NCBI GenBank assembly: GCA_965208675.1 | Contig: OZ242351.1 | Coordinates: forward strand, 4,384,001-4,448,000 | Length of the DNA: 64,000 nt | From: Candidatus Poribacteria bacterium | Lineage (GTDB): Bacteria; Poribacteria; WGA-4E; PCPOR2b | Direction of reading: 5' to 3' | In this document: piece after piece, positions 1 through 8,485 of the stretch | Layout of the letters: each line of letters opens with the position of its first letter | Numbering within the stretch: the stretch's first letter is position 1 | Notes under the pieces: generated by a model | The model's database searches: none | What the model was told of the DNA's origin: nothing | The model's input: the letters and a program-made list of their open reading frames with translations, nothing else | Position numbers and translations under genes: made by a program

Positions 1-465
1 GAGGGCGATAGTCTTTTCTTCTCCCGTCTTCGGGTACTCCGTGAATCGGGTTTTGTATATCGTTAGGTTTCCCAGAGCGCAACGTGAATTTGTACGTCAT
101 TTGGTGGAAACCGCTCAACCCAACCTACAAGAACTACAAGAGTTACTATGTCGCGGCTGGAAGCCGCTCCCACAGGTGGTGGTTGAGGTGAAGACGGCAG
201 TAACCCCCCTCAGTCCCCCCTTGGTAAGGGGGGAGGTGAAAGAGATGCCCTCCTTGGTAGGTAAGGGTTAGGTTGTGGTCTCCTAATTCCCCCCCCCTTA
301 CCAAGGGGGGGCGAGGGGGGGGTTAGATTCCGGGCGTATTGAGGTTTGGGAGTTTCTGTCCCGGTTGGTTACCGGAGTGTACCTACTACTTTATCGCGGC
401 TGGAAGCCGCTCCCACAGCGGCTCCAACTCTAACGGTAGGCGCGGTTTCCTAACCGCGCTTGGCG

Positions 466-1497
466 TTATTCGTACGTGATTGGAACCGACCTGCCAATCC
501 GAGCCGACTCGTAGATGGCGTCGAAAATTTTGGTGGTGAGCAGCACCTCTTCCGCCGGCACCGGCGACGGCAATCCTTCGCGGATGGCTTTGTGAAAAGA
601 TTCGAATTCGCCGGGCGTGTCGGGAGCGAATTCGGGTTTGTATTCGACCAGGTGTCCGTCTTTGTCGGTATAGATGCACAATGGGCGGTAGGTCGCGCCT
701 GCTAGGTCGCCCATGAAGAATGTCGTACCGGTATTTTCGATGTGAGCCGCCCACGCGGATTCCAATGTCACGGTTAACCCGTCTTCGAATCGGATGGTGC
801 CCATGGCGAAATCTTCGACATCGTATTTGGCGCGGTCCCAATCGACGGGGTTTACGATATCGTGCCGGTGCCCGAATCGCTGGGCGACCGATCCAAAGAC
901 TTCAACCGGCTTGGGGCAGCCGATCATCCACAACAGCACATCAAGTTCGTGCACACCGATGTCGATGAGCGGCCCGCCCCCGGAAATGGACTTCACCATG
1001 AACGTCGGCGAAAGGCCCATGCCGCGGCGGCGCATGGTGACGGCGCGGGCGTAATAGACATCGCCGAAAAGCCCCTCCTCCCACAGTTTGCGCAGGGTTC
1101 TGGCGCCCTTCCCGAAACGGGATTGCAGCCCAATCTGCAGGATTTTGCCCGATGCGCGTGCGGCGTTGACCATGGCTTGTCCATCTTCAGCATTGCCGGC
1201 GAGCGGCTTCTCGCAAATTACATGTTTGCCTGCGTTCAGCGCGGCGATAGTCGGCGCGGCGTGAAAGTTGTTCGGGGTGCAAACGCTGACTGCATCAATT
1301 TCAGGCATCGCAATCAGTTGATGGTAGTCTGTGAAAACATGTTCAATGTCGTAATCATGGGCGCAATACCTCGCCCGCTCTTCATCTGTGTCGCATACTG
1401 CGATGACGGAAACGCCTTCGACTTCTCGGTGGCTCACCAGATGTTTCGCTTTCCCGATGCTGCCGACGCCAACGATGCCAACGTTAATTTTTTGCAT
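466..1497 (-). CDS. Gfo/Idh/MocA family NAD(P)-dependent oxidoreductase
   Basis: N-terminal GIVGVGSIG Rossmann motif, HVICEKP motif, GGGPLIDIGVH motif; 343 aa. Confidence 0.93.
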   Translation of the reverse strand: MQKINVGIVGVGSIGKAKHLVSHREVEGVSVIAVCDTDEERARYCAHDYDIEHVFTDYHQLIAMPEIDAVSVCTPNNFHAAPTIAALNAGKHVICEKPLAGNAEDGQAMVNAARASGKILQIGLQSRFGKGARTLRKLWEEGLFGDVYYARAVTMRRRGMGLSPTFMVKSISGGGPLIDIGVHELDVLLWMIGCPKPVEVFGSVAQRFGHRHDIVNPVDWDRAKYDVEDFAMGTIRFEDGLTVTLESAWAAHIENTGTTFFMGDLAGATYRPLCIYTDKDGHLVEYKPEFAPDTPGEFESFHKAIREGLPSPVPAEEVLLTTKIFDAIYESARIGRSVPITYE

Positions 1498-1632
1498 GGT
1501 ATTTCTCTGCTCCTTCCGGCTATGGTGCGTCCAGATTGCCTGTGCAATTCTTTGTGGATAATTTGTGGATAACTCGCCAAGTGGGTGTGATTAACGCCGC
1601 GGCGCGTTAACGCCTGTTGCCCCCATTATACC

Positions 1633-2622
1633 TCAAATGTGCTGAATTGGAATACCGATTTTTCCGACGGACGCGCCGGTGGCGACCATCGGGTAGCCCG
1701 GGTGCGACCAGAAGATGCCGCTCTCCGGCGCGCGGATAGTCTCTTGCGGATGACCGAAGGCGTCGCAAATTTCGGCGATGGGCTGGTATGCCTCGACGCA
1801 GTCGTATAGGTTGGCTTTATAGTGGACGAATCCGCCGCAGTTGCTCAGGAGGGTGACGAACCGGTCGATGACCACCTGCTGATCAGGAATTTCGGGGTCG
1901 CCGTCGACGAACCCGAAATGTTTGAGAACATTGAGCACGCCGCGCACGCCTTTTGCGATGCTCGCCGGGTTCCATCCGCGGCAGCCGCCGAGTTCGGGAT
2001 CGATGGTTGGGATACCGACCTCCGGCGCGGCTTGCGCCAGTTGCCCCTTGGGTCCTTTTTTATCGAAGATGTAGCCGATGCCGAAGATTCGAGCCAGTGC
2101 CAGACAAGCATCGTGCTGCGGGTGGTTCCGCGAAACGCGGACGCGGACTTCGTCAATCATGGGGTCGATCCCGCCTTGGTGGAGGTCGATGCAGTAGTCC
2201 GATTGTTGGACGAGTCCGTTAAAGAGACGGTGGGCGATGCGTTCGCTCGACGTGCCGTCAGATTTGCCGGGGAAGCACCGGTTCATTTTCATCTGATCGA
2301 CGGGGCTGTGGGCTTGTTGGGCGTGGAATGCGTGGAAATTGACGATGGGCACAGCGATAATGCGGCCCCGCAAATGCGCTGGGGAAATTTTGCGGATAAC
2401 CTCGTGGATAACTGCGATGCCGTTGAGTTCGTCGCCGTCGCTTATGGATTGGAGATAGAGCGTTTTAGCCCCCTGTTTTCCGTTGATGAGCACGACGGGC
2501 AGCCGCACGGGCGTGCCGTCCGGCAGCGATCCGACGGTGATGTAGTCTTCAACGCGTTCGCCCGGTTTTGCGGTGATGGAGCCTACGGAGAGGCGGTTAT
2601 TAGTTATCCACATTTTATCCAC
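1633..2622 (-). CDS. Succinylglutamate desuccinylase/aspartoacylase (M14-like) family hydrolase
   Basis: DGDELNG, MNRCFPG and IDLH motifs; C-terminal hairpin domain (IRAPESG). Confidence 0.88.
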   Translation of the reverse strand: MDKMWITNNRLSVGSITAKPGERVEDYITVGSLPDGTPVRLPVVLINGKQGAKTLYLQSISDGDELNGIAVIHEVIRKISPAHLRGRIIAVPIVNFHAFHAQQAHSPVDQMKMNRCFPGKSDGTSSERIAHRLFNGLVQQSDYCIDLHQGGIDPMIDEVRVRVSRNHPQHDACLALARIFGIGYIFDKKGPKGQLAQAAPEVGIPTIDPELGGCRGWNPASIAKGVRGVLNVLKHFGFVDGDPEIPDQQVVIDRFVTLLSNCGGFVHYKANLYDCVEAYQPIAEICDAFGHPQETIRAPESGIFWSHPGYPMVATGASVGKIGIPIQHI

Positions 2623-2768
2623 AATTGGGTTACAATTTTTTGGGGGTGGCGGCGTAAATCAAGCTGCCTGGACTGTGATTTTTGTGATTGAATGATGGGT
2701 TGTGATTATAGAGAACACATCTCGCTGTAGGAGCGATCTCCGAATCGCGACACACGTCCTGTGGGAGC

Positions 2769-2825
2769 GATCAACTGAGCGAATAGCGAAGGATCAACCG
2801 ACCGAATAGGGAGGGCGATAGTCTT
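2769..2825 (+). repeat. GATCAA-N6-GAATAG...GCGATAGTCTT module (tandem form)
   Basis: Further copies at 1-15 (partial), 3750-3806, 5032-5088, 6577-6610, 8987-9043 (+) and 32665-32698, 44711-44744, 50698-50746, 57190-57238 (-). Confidence 0.9.
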
Positions 2826-2959
2826 TCCTAGTCTTCTCCTTTCCAGTCTTTTCTTGTCTTTTCCGAAACCCAACGATTGTGTAATATCGAGGCTAGGAAG
2901 CCTCTCCCACAGGGGAGGGTCGTGATTCGGAGATTGGTCCTAAGGGGTAAGCGATTGCG

Positions 2960-3151
2960 ATTCCCGGCGATGGTTTCGACCACTGCCGTTTACTTACGGC
3001 GTTCGGCTTCCTTCCGACTGATGAACCTGCCAGTTTATGCATCGCGACCGCCCGGCTTGCTGCCAACAACCTTTTCTACAGCCCGTTGAGCTTGTCTTTT
3101 TGTGAGTTTGCCGCGTTTGGGCGGGTTCTTAACGGTTCTTTCTCGTCCCAC
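2960..3151 (-). pseudogene. Degenerate paralog of the small basic protein at 3305..3556
   Basis: Manual translation from GTG 3151 (SD AGGTG): MGRERTVKNPPKRGKLTKRQAQRAVEKVVGSKPGGRDA*TGRFISRKEAERRK*TAVVETI, with in-frame TAA at 3035-3037 and 2990-2992. Confidence 0.8.
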
Positions 3152-3304
3152 TATTATCACCTTTTTGAATTATGTTTTAAACAACCGACGGTTGGGCTCA
3201 ATGGGGGTAAAATATGTCCGTTTGCCGTAAGATGGATTTCGGGGAAGACTAACGCCATCGCTATGGACTCCGATGACCCCGCTCCACCCAACTTACAAGG
3301 GCTG

Positions 3305-3556
3305 CTATCCTCGTTTATTCGGCCTCGTGATGGTCTCAACCACCGCCGTATCCTTCCGGCGTTCGGCTTCCTGACAACTGATAAACCTGCCCGTTGCTGC
3401 GTCGCGACCGACCTTAATGGTCGTTACATCATGATTCGCCGAAGACTTGCCGCCGCCGTTTTTGCCGAAAACGACCTCCCGTACGGCTCGTTTGATTTCG
3501 CTTCTTTTGAGCTTACCTTTTTTGGGTGGATACTTGACGATTCTTGGTCTTGCCAC
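3305..3556 (-). CDS. Small basic hypothetical protein with GRDAxTGRFI...TAVVETI motif
   Basis: Strong SD (AAGGAGGT) before GTG; protein-level similarity to the adjacent pseudogene paralog. Confidence 0.75.
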   Translation of the reverse strand: MARPRIVKYPPKKGKLKRSEIKRAVREVVFGKNGGGKSSANHDVTTIKVGRDAATGRFISCQEAERRKDTAVVETITRPNKRG

Positions 3557-3564
3557 GTAATCAC

Positions 3565-3633
3565 CTCCTTGAATTGTGAATCAAAGGGACAATTTAGAAA
3601 GACATTATCATTATAGTTTTTGGGTAAGCTCAT
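3565..3633 (-). pseudogene. Probable N-terminal remnant of a 'VFxNCPFD' hypothetical (TIR/Rossmann-like) gene
   Basis: MSLPKNYNDNVFLNCPFDSQFK resembles a conserved N-terminus (from recall), then runs into the SD of the next gene. Confidence 0.4.
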
Positions 3634-3916
3634 GATTTGCTCAGTTTATCTGTTAAATCCCTTTGGTCATAAAATTCAGGATAATATTATGCCATATTTG
3701 AAGGACATACATCAACGAAAACCAATTGCGAAAAAGCCGGCAATCAGGAGATCAACTGAGCGAACAGCGAAGGATCAACCGACCGAATAGGGAGGGCGAT
3801 AGTCTTTTCTTCTCCCGTCTTCGGGTTCTCCGTGGATTGGGATTTGTACGTCGTTTAGGTTTCTCAGAACGCGGCGTAAAATCGAAGGTCACTCGGTGAA
3901 AACCGCTCTACCCAAC

Positions 3917-4594
3917 CTACAAGAACTTACGGGCGACGACGACGGCGATGGGGCCTCGGCGCCAAACGCATTCGGCGTCGAATCCGGCGGTGCGGACGGC
4001 GTCGAGTTCAGCCTCCAGCGGGAAATAGGTGTCCTCCTCCGCCCATTGTGCGAAATATTCGCGCGCCCGCGGCTCCGCAATGCCGGAAGCTGCCATGTGA
4101 TCCATCCAGCTTCGCCAAGTCGCCTCGCGTTCCGGGGGCGCGGCTGGCATCGTCGCGTCGGCGTTGACGAAGACGCCGCCGGCTCGGAGCGCACCGTAAA
4201 TCCGCCGGTACAGGGCGCGCTTCTCGCCGATTGCCGGTATATGGTGGAGCGCCAACGACGCTGCGGCGGCATCGCAGGGCGGCAACGGCGCATGGAACGA
4301 CGACTCGGTGAATCGGGCGCGCCCGTCGAATCGCGCGAGCCGCGACCGGGCTTGCGCCAGCATGCCACCGTCGATGTCGATGAGTTCCACCGTCCCGGAA
4401 GCGTTCGCCGAGAGAATCGCCTCCGACAAGGCGCCGGTGCCCCCGCCGAGGTCGAGCGTCAAGCCCGGTTTTGCGCGGACAATTTCACGCGCGGCGACGG
4501 CGATCATCGTCTCGTAACCCGGAATGAAGCGGCGAATACTTTCGTCGTAAGTGCGGATTTCAATGCCGAGGTGGCGGTGTACGGAGTGGTTCAT
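3917..4594 (-). CDS. Class I SAM-dependent methyltransferase
   Basis: LDLGGGTG motif I, ASLALHH and GGVFVNAD motifs; start moved to ATG 4594 because the longer ORF overlaps the divergent promoter; visibly GC-richer than its flanks. Confidence 0.88.
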   Translation of the reverse strand: MNHSVHRHLGIEIRTYDESIRRFIPGYETMIAVAAREIVRAKPGLTLDLGGGTGALSEAILSANASGTVELIDIDGGMLAQARSRLARFDGRARFTESSFHAPLPPCDAAAASLALHHIPAIGEKRALYRRIYGALRAGGVFVNADATMPAAPPEREATWRSWMDHMAASGIAEPRAREYFAQWAEEDTYFPLEAELDAVRTAGFDAECVWRRGPIAVVVARKFL

Positions 4595-4631
4595 TGGCGT
4601 TTGAAGAAGGATGTGAGGTTTGGGGTTTGAG

Positions 4632-4661
4632 TTGACATTGTAACAAATCCAGTGGTATAAT
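4632..4661 (+). promoter_or_regulatory. sigma70-type promoter, cassette 1
   Basis: TTGACA-18 bp-TATAAT with extended TG; conserved in two other copies. Confidence 0.8.
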
Positions 4662-4715
4662 CGCAACCATTAGGGGAGTTGCAGTAGGGCCGCTTTTGGT
4701 TTGGAGGAGTGAAAA

Positions 4716-4904
4716 ATGGAGGTTTTTGCCAGCTACATACCCGTCGTTCTTATCGTGCTAGCCATAATTGCCAGTTATTGGCGAACGAGCACACAGTTGA
4801 GAGTAATAATGATGAATATGGTGACTAAAGACGACATTAGGGATCTGAAAGATGAATTCAGGGATTTAAGAAATGAGATGAAGGACATGAAAAATGACAT
4901 CTAG
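4716..4904 (+). pseudogene. Internally deleted, frameshifted paralog of the MEVFASY TM coiled-coil protein
   Basis: Same N-terminus as 5421 and 7018; the C-terminus HLVTEDNVEPAQPS* survives out of frame at 4898-4942. Confidence 0.75.
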
Positions 4905-4979
4905 TAACTGAGGACAATGTAGAACCCGCGCAGCCGAGTTAATCAGCCGTTACCGTTACATGGAATGACCTCTATTGAA

Positions 4980-5014
4980 CCGCCAGCCGTTGGTATATGC
5001 CAGCGGCTTTTTTT
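4980..5014 (+). terminator. Rho-independent terminator, cassette 1
   Basis: AGCCGTTGG-tatatg-CCAGCGGCT followed by a T-run. Confidence 0.8.
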
Positions 5015-5101
5015 GTGGATTGGATAGGAGGGATCAACTGAGCGAATAGCGAAGGATCAACCGACCGAATAGGGAGGGCGATAGTCTTCCATCTTGTATT
5101 T

Positions 5102-5132
5102 GAAACCGAGTTTTTCTTCAAAACTCGGTTTC
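5102..5132. repeat. Palindromic repeat GAAACCGAGTTTT-N5/6-AAAACTCGGTTTC
   Basis: Further copies near 6066, 7450, 7701, 9265 and 50823; half copy near 6622. Confidence 0.85.
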
Positions 5133-5338
5133 TTTAACGCAACGGTTGTTTGCCGGAATATGCCTGCTACTTTATCGCGGCTGGAAGCCGCTCCCACAAG
5201 GAATGGCTCGCGATTCGGAAATCGCTCCTACAGAGAAGTTTGCCTCTTAATCATAGCCCATCATTTAATCATACAAATCACAGTTCAGACACTAAGAATT
5301 CCCCTCAACCCAACCTACAAACAATATTGGAATTTGAG

Positions 5339-5368
5339 TTGACATGGTATCAAATCGAATGGTATAAT
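5339..5368 (+). promoter_or_regulatory. sigma70-type promoter, cassette 2
   Basis: TTGACA-18 bp-TATAAT. Confidence 0.8.
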
Positions 5369-5420
5369 CGCGTCCACAAGTCGAGGGGCAGAAGGATTCT
5401 TCGGATTGGAGGAGTGACAA

Positions 5421-5960
5421 ATGGAAGTTTTTGCCAGCTACATACCCGTCGTTCTTATCGTGCTAGCCATAATTGCCGGTTATTGGCGAACAAACATCCA
5501 AATTGGCGGTATGAACATGCAAATTGGCGGTATGATGGCAAATATGGCGACGCAAGAAGACATTAGGGATCTGAAAAATATAGTGGCGAATATGGCGACA
5601 AAAGAAGACATTCGGAATCTGAATAATATAGTGGCGAATATGGCGACAAAAGAAGACATTCGGAATCTGAATAATATAGTGGCGAACATGGCGACAAAAG
5701 AAGAACTTCGGGATATAAAAGAAGACATTCGGGAGATAAAAGAGGAATTCAGGTACATGAGAGATGAAATGAAGGACATAAGAAATGACATCAGGGCGCT
5801 GGACGACCGAATGAATCGTTTTGAAACGCATGTGACTCAACAGTTCGCCGAGATTAAGGGGGAAATCAGCGATTTGAAACGGGATGTCAATACGCTTCAA
5901 CAATCGTATGTAAATCACCTAATTACAGAGCATAACATCAAACCCGCACAGCCGAGTTAA
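5421..5960 (+). CDS. N-terminally membrane-anchored coiled-coil protein with 16-aa NMATKEDI repeats
   Basis: SD GGAGGAG; hydrophobic residues 8-20; four NMAT(K/Q)E(D/E) motifs at 16-aa spacing; heptad stalk; C-terminal HLITEH. Confidence 0.88.
   Translation: MEVFASYIPVVLIVLAIIAGYWRTNIQIGGMNMQIGGMMANMATQEDIRDLKNIVANMATKEDIRNLNNIVANMATKEDIRNLNNIVANMATKEELRDIKEDIREIKEEFRYMRDEMKDIRNDIRALDDRMNRFETHVTQQFAEIKGEISDLKRDVNTLQQSYVNHLITEHNIKPAQPS
5538..5705 (+). repeat. 48-bp intragenic tandem repeat (3.5 units)
   Basis: Units start at 5538, 5586, 5634 and 5682; units 2 and 3 are identical. Confidence 0.92.
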
Positions 5961-5997
5961 TCAGCCGTTACCGTTACATGGAATGACCTCTATTGAA

Positions 5998-6033
5998 CCG
6001 CCAGCCGTTGGTAATATGCCAGCGGCTTTTTTT
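5998..6033 (+). terminator. Rho-independent terminator, cassette 2
   Basis: Same hairpin and T-run as at 4980. Confidence 0.8.
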
Positions 6034-6137
6034 GTGGATTGGGATCAACCGACCGAATGCATTTGAAACCGAGTTTTTTCTTCAAAACTCAGTTTCTTTA
6101 ACGCACCGCCAAAACTCCGGTAACGCCGCACGCTGAC

Positions 6138-6166
6138 TTGAAAACTGTTGAATTTTATGGTATAAT
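6138..6166 (+). promoter_or_regulatory. sigma70-type promoter with no convincing downstream gene
   Basis: TTGAAA-17 bp-TATAAT with TGG extension. Confidence 0.6.
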
Positions 6167-6172
6167 TTTATC

Positions 6173-6355
6173 ATCATATGCGGCGCCCCGACGCCCTTCA
6201 AAGCGCGGTCGAGTTGCCCATTACCCGCGTCCCCGCCGAACGGCTTCCGAACGGAATGCCGGCAAGGCGCGGGCGAGGTTGACGCCGGTCCCATGCTCCA
6301 CGGTGTACGGAGCTACCTAGGATGGCGGAATCAACACACCCGGCATCCGCTTCAA
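6173..6355 (+). ncRNA. Candidate structured non-coding RNA
   Basis: GC-rich, several hairpins visible by eye, begins just after a promoter, no SD-led ORF. Confidence 0.35.
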
Positions 6356-6934
6356 AAATGAGCATTCTCAACTTATTTTTTTAAATGCTCACAAATGCTC
6401 AACCCCGCAAACCCGCGCCCTGACTAGCCTAAAGCCCATTTTCGCTTATTTTCGCATGTTTCAAATGCTCACATAATGCTCAAAACCAAAACCCAAATTT
6501 ACTATCCCTCAACCCGACCTACAAGAGCCCCACCGACCTACAAGAGCCTCAAAAAATCCTCCCCCTTTCCAAGGGGGATCAAGCGACTGAATAGGGAGCG
6601 CGATAGTCTTAACTAGTCTTCAAAACTCGGTTTCTTTTAACGCTTTGCTACACCCTGCGGTCGCGTAGGTTTGGGTGAGGGATTGGGTCGAGTACGCGAC
6701 GGGAGAGTTGCGATTCGGAGATCGCTCCTACAGGGGTGGAGGAGGACAACACATACCGCAAAAATTTCCCCCTTTTTTTATGGACTGTAAAAACTGTAAT
6801 TTTCCTTGAAAATTGTGCGATTGAATGCCGCGCTGTTGATATTCGCCGCTCGCCGCCCTGAACCCTTATAGTTATTGAAAGTTGAATTGCGCGAATCCGC
6901 TCTACCCAACCTACAAACAATACTGGAAATTGAG

Positions 6935-6964
6935 TTGACATTGTATTAAATCGAATGGTATAAT
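6935..6964 (+). promoter_or_regulatory. sigma70-type promoter, cassette 3
   Basis: TTGACA-18 bp-TATAAT. Confidence 0.8.
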
Positions 6965-7017
6965 CGCGTCCACAAAGTCGAGGGGCAGAAGGATTTCTCG
7001 GAGTGGAGGAGTGACAA

Positions 7018-7350
7018 TTGGAAGTTTTTGCCAGCTACATACCCGTCGTTCTAATAGTGCTAGCCATATTTGCGGCTAATTGGCGAACGACCGTACAGTT
7101 TGGACATATAACGATGAATATGGCGACTCGAGAAGATATTAAGGATTTGAGAGATGAAATCAAGGACATGAGAAGCGACATTAAAGCTCTGGACGCCCGC
7201 ATGAATCGTTTTGAAAACCATGTGACTCAACAATTCGCCGAAATTAGAGGTGAAATCAGCGATTTGAAACGGGATGTCAATACGCTTCAACAATCGTATA
7301 TAAACCACCTAATAACAGAGCACAACGTGAAACCCGTGAAACCGAGTTAA
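7018..7350 (+). CDS. MEVFASY TM coiled-coil paralog with one NMATREDI motif (TTG start)
   Basis: N- and C-termini near-identical to 5421..5960; purine-rich SD GGAGAG. Confidence 0.85.
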   Translation: MEVFASYIPVVLIVLAIFAANWRTTVQFGHITMNMATREDIKDLRDEIKDMRSDIKALDARMNRFENHVTQQFAEIRGEISDLKRDVNTLQQSYINHLITEHNVKPVKPS

Positions 7351-7381
7351 TCCGCTTGTGCAAGAAATGCCCTGTATCGCA

Positions 7382-7418
7382 CCGCCAGCCGTTGGTATAT
7401 GCCAACGGCTTTTTTTTG
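7382..7418 (+). terminator. Rho-independent terminator, cassette 3
   Basis: AGCCGTTGG-tatatg-CCAACGGCT followed by a T-run. Confidence 0.8.
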
Positions 7419-7938
7419 TGGATTGAGAGCGGCCGACCGAATTCATTTGAAACCGAGTTTTTCTTCAAAACTCGGTTTCTTTAATGCGACGGTTGTTTGC
7501 CGGAGAATGCCTACTACTTTATCGCGGCTAGGAAGCCGCTCCCACAGGTATACGAGTTGTGGGTCGCGATTCGGAGATCGCTCCTACAGGGGTGGCGCAG
7601 GACAACACATTCCGCAAAAATTTCCCCCTTTTTTTATGGACTGTAAAAACTGTAATTTTGGCATTTTTTGTAGGTTGGAATCAGCCGACCGAATTCATTT
7701 GAAACCGAGTTTTTCTTCAAAACTCGGCTTCCATCGCCGAGGTTTGTGCCATGTTGATGCTCATGGCAACCTCCATAGCCTGTCCCTCGCTGCCAAAAGC
7801 GAGAACCTCAAACGCAATGATAGATAATTAACTTGCTACCCGCTGTTTTGTCTTGATTTCTTGTTTACATAGCAAGTATAATTTAGCAATTCTGGTAAAT
7901 CGCGAAACTTTCCTCCTAGCCAAAAGAGGTCTCATACA

Positions 7939-8208
7939 ATGGAAGTCCTTGAAACTATTCGACCTTGGGTTGTACCTATCATTGCTATTGTCTCATTTGG
8001 CATAGCATTTGTTCCGAAATTTAATACGCGGTTTCGGGTCTGGGTAACGGGCCCGTTGGAAACTAAAGTTGATTTGTTGTCTGAAAAAGTCGACAATCTA
8101 TCAGAACAAATGAAAGAGATGCGTTCTGACATGAAAAACGAACATGCCATGTTGCTGAAGGCTTTTACTGACCATCTTATTCACCAGCATGGGCACAAGC
8201 CTGAGTAG
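7939..8208 (+). CDS. Small TM coiled-coil protein with His-rich C-terminus (distant relative of the cassette proteins)
   Basis: SD GAGG; N-terminal TM segment; heptads; ends DHLIHQHGHKPE; own terminator at 8233-8261. Confidence 0.75.
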   Translation: MEVLETIRPWVVPIIAIVSFGIAFVPKFNTRFRVWVTGPLETKVDLLSEKVDNLSEQMKEMRSDMKNEHAMLLKAFTDHLIHQHGHKPE

Positions 8209-8485
8209 CCAAACGGATTTTCATATCGAATTAAGCCGGGGGCAATGTTCCCGGCTTTTTTGTTGACGCAAAGATTCCCGTTTGTTGCGAGGTAGCCCGC
8301 CGCCAAGGCATGTCACTATCCGATATAATTCCCCAAAATGTACCACCCCTCAACCCAACCTACAAGAGCCCCAAAAAATCCTCCCCCTTTTTTTTATGGA
8401 CTGTAAAAACTGTAATTTTGCTTGAAATGTGCGGGTTTGATTTTCGTTCTGGTGATAATAGCCTCTCGACGCCGTGAGCACTCCT

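Noticed and set aside
2990-3037. In-frame TAA codons as evidence of stop-codon reassignment
   Set aside because: TAA terminates many intact genes in this window, so a pseudogene is the simpler explanation.
4632-7418. Cassettes plus the RNA candidate as a type I toxin-antitoxin array
   Set aside because: The intact proteins (110-179 aa) are long for type I toxins, and I found no extended complementarity between the RNA and the mRNA leaders by eye. Not fully excluded.
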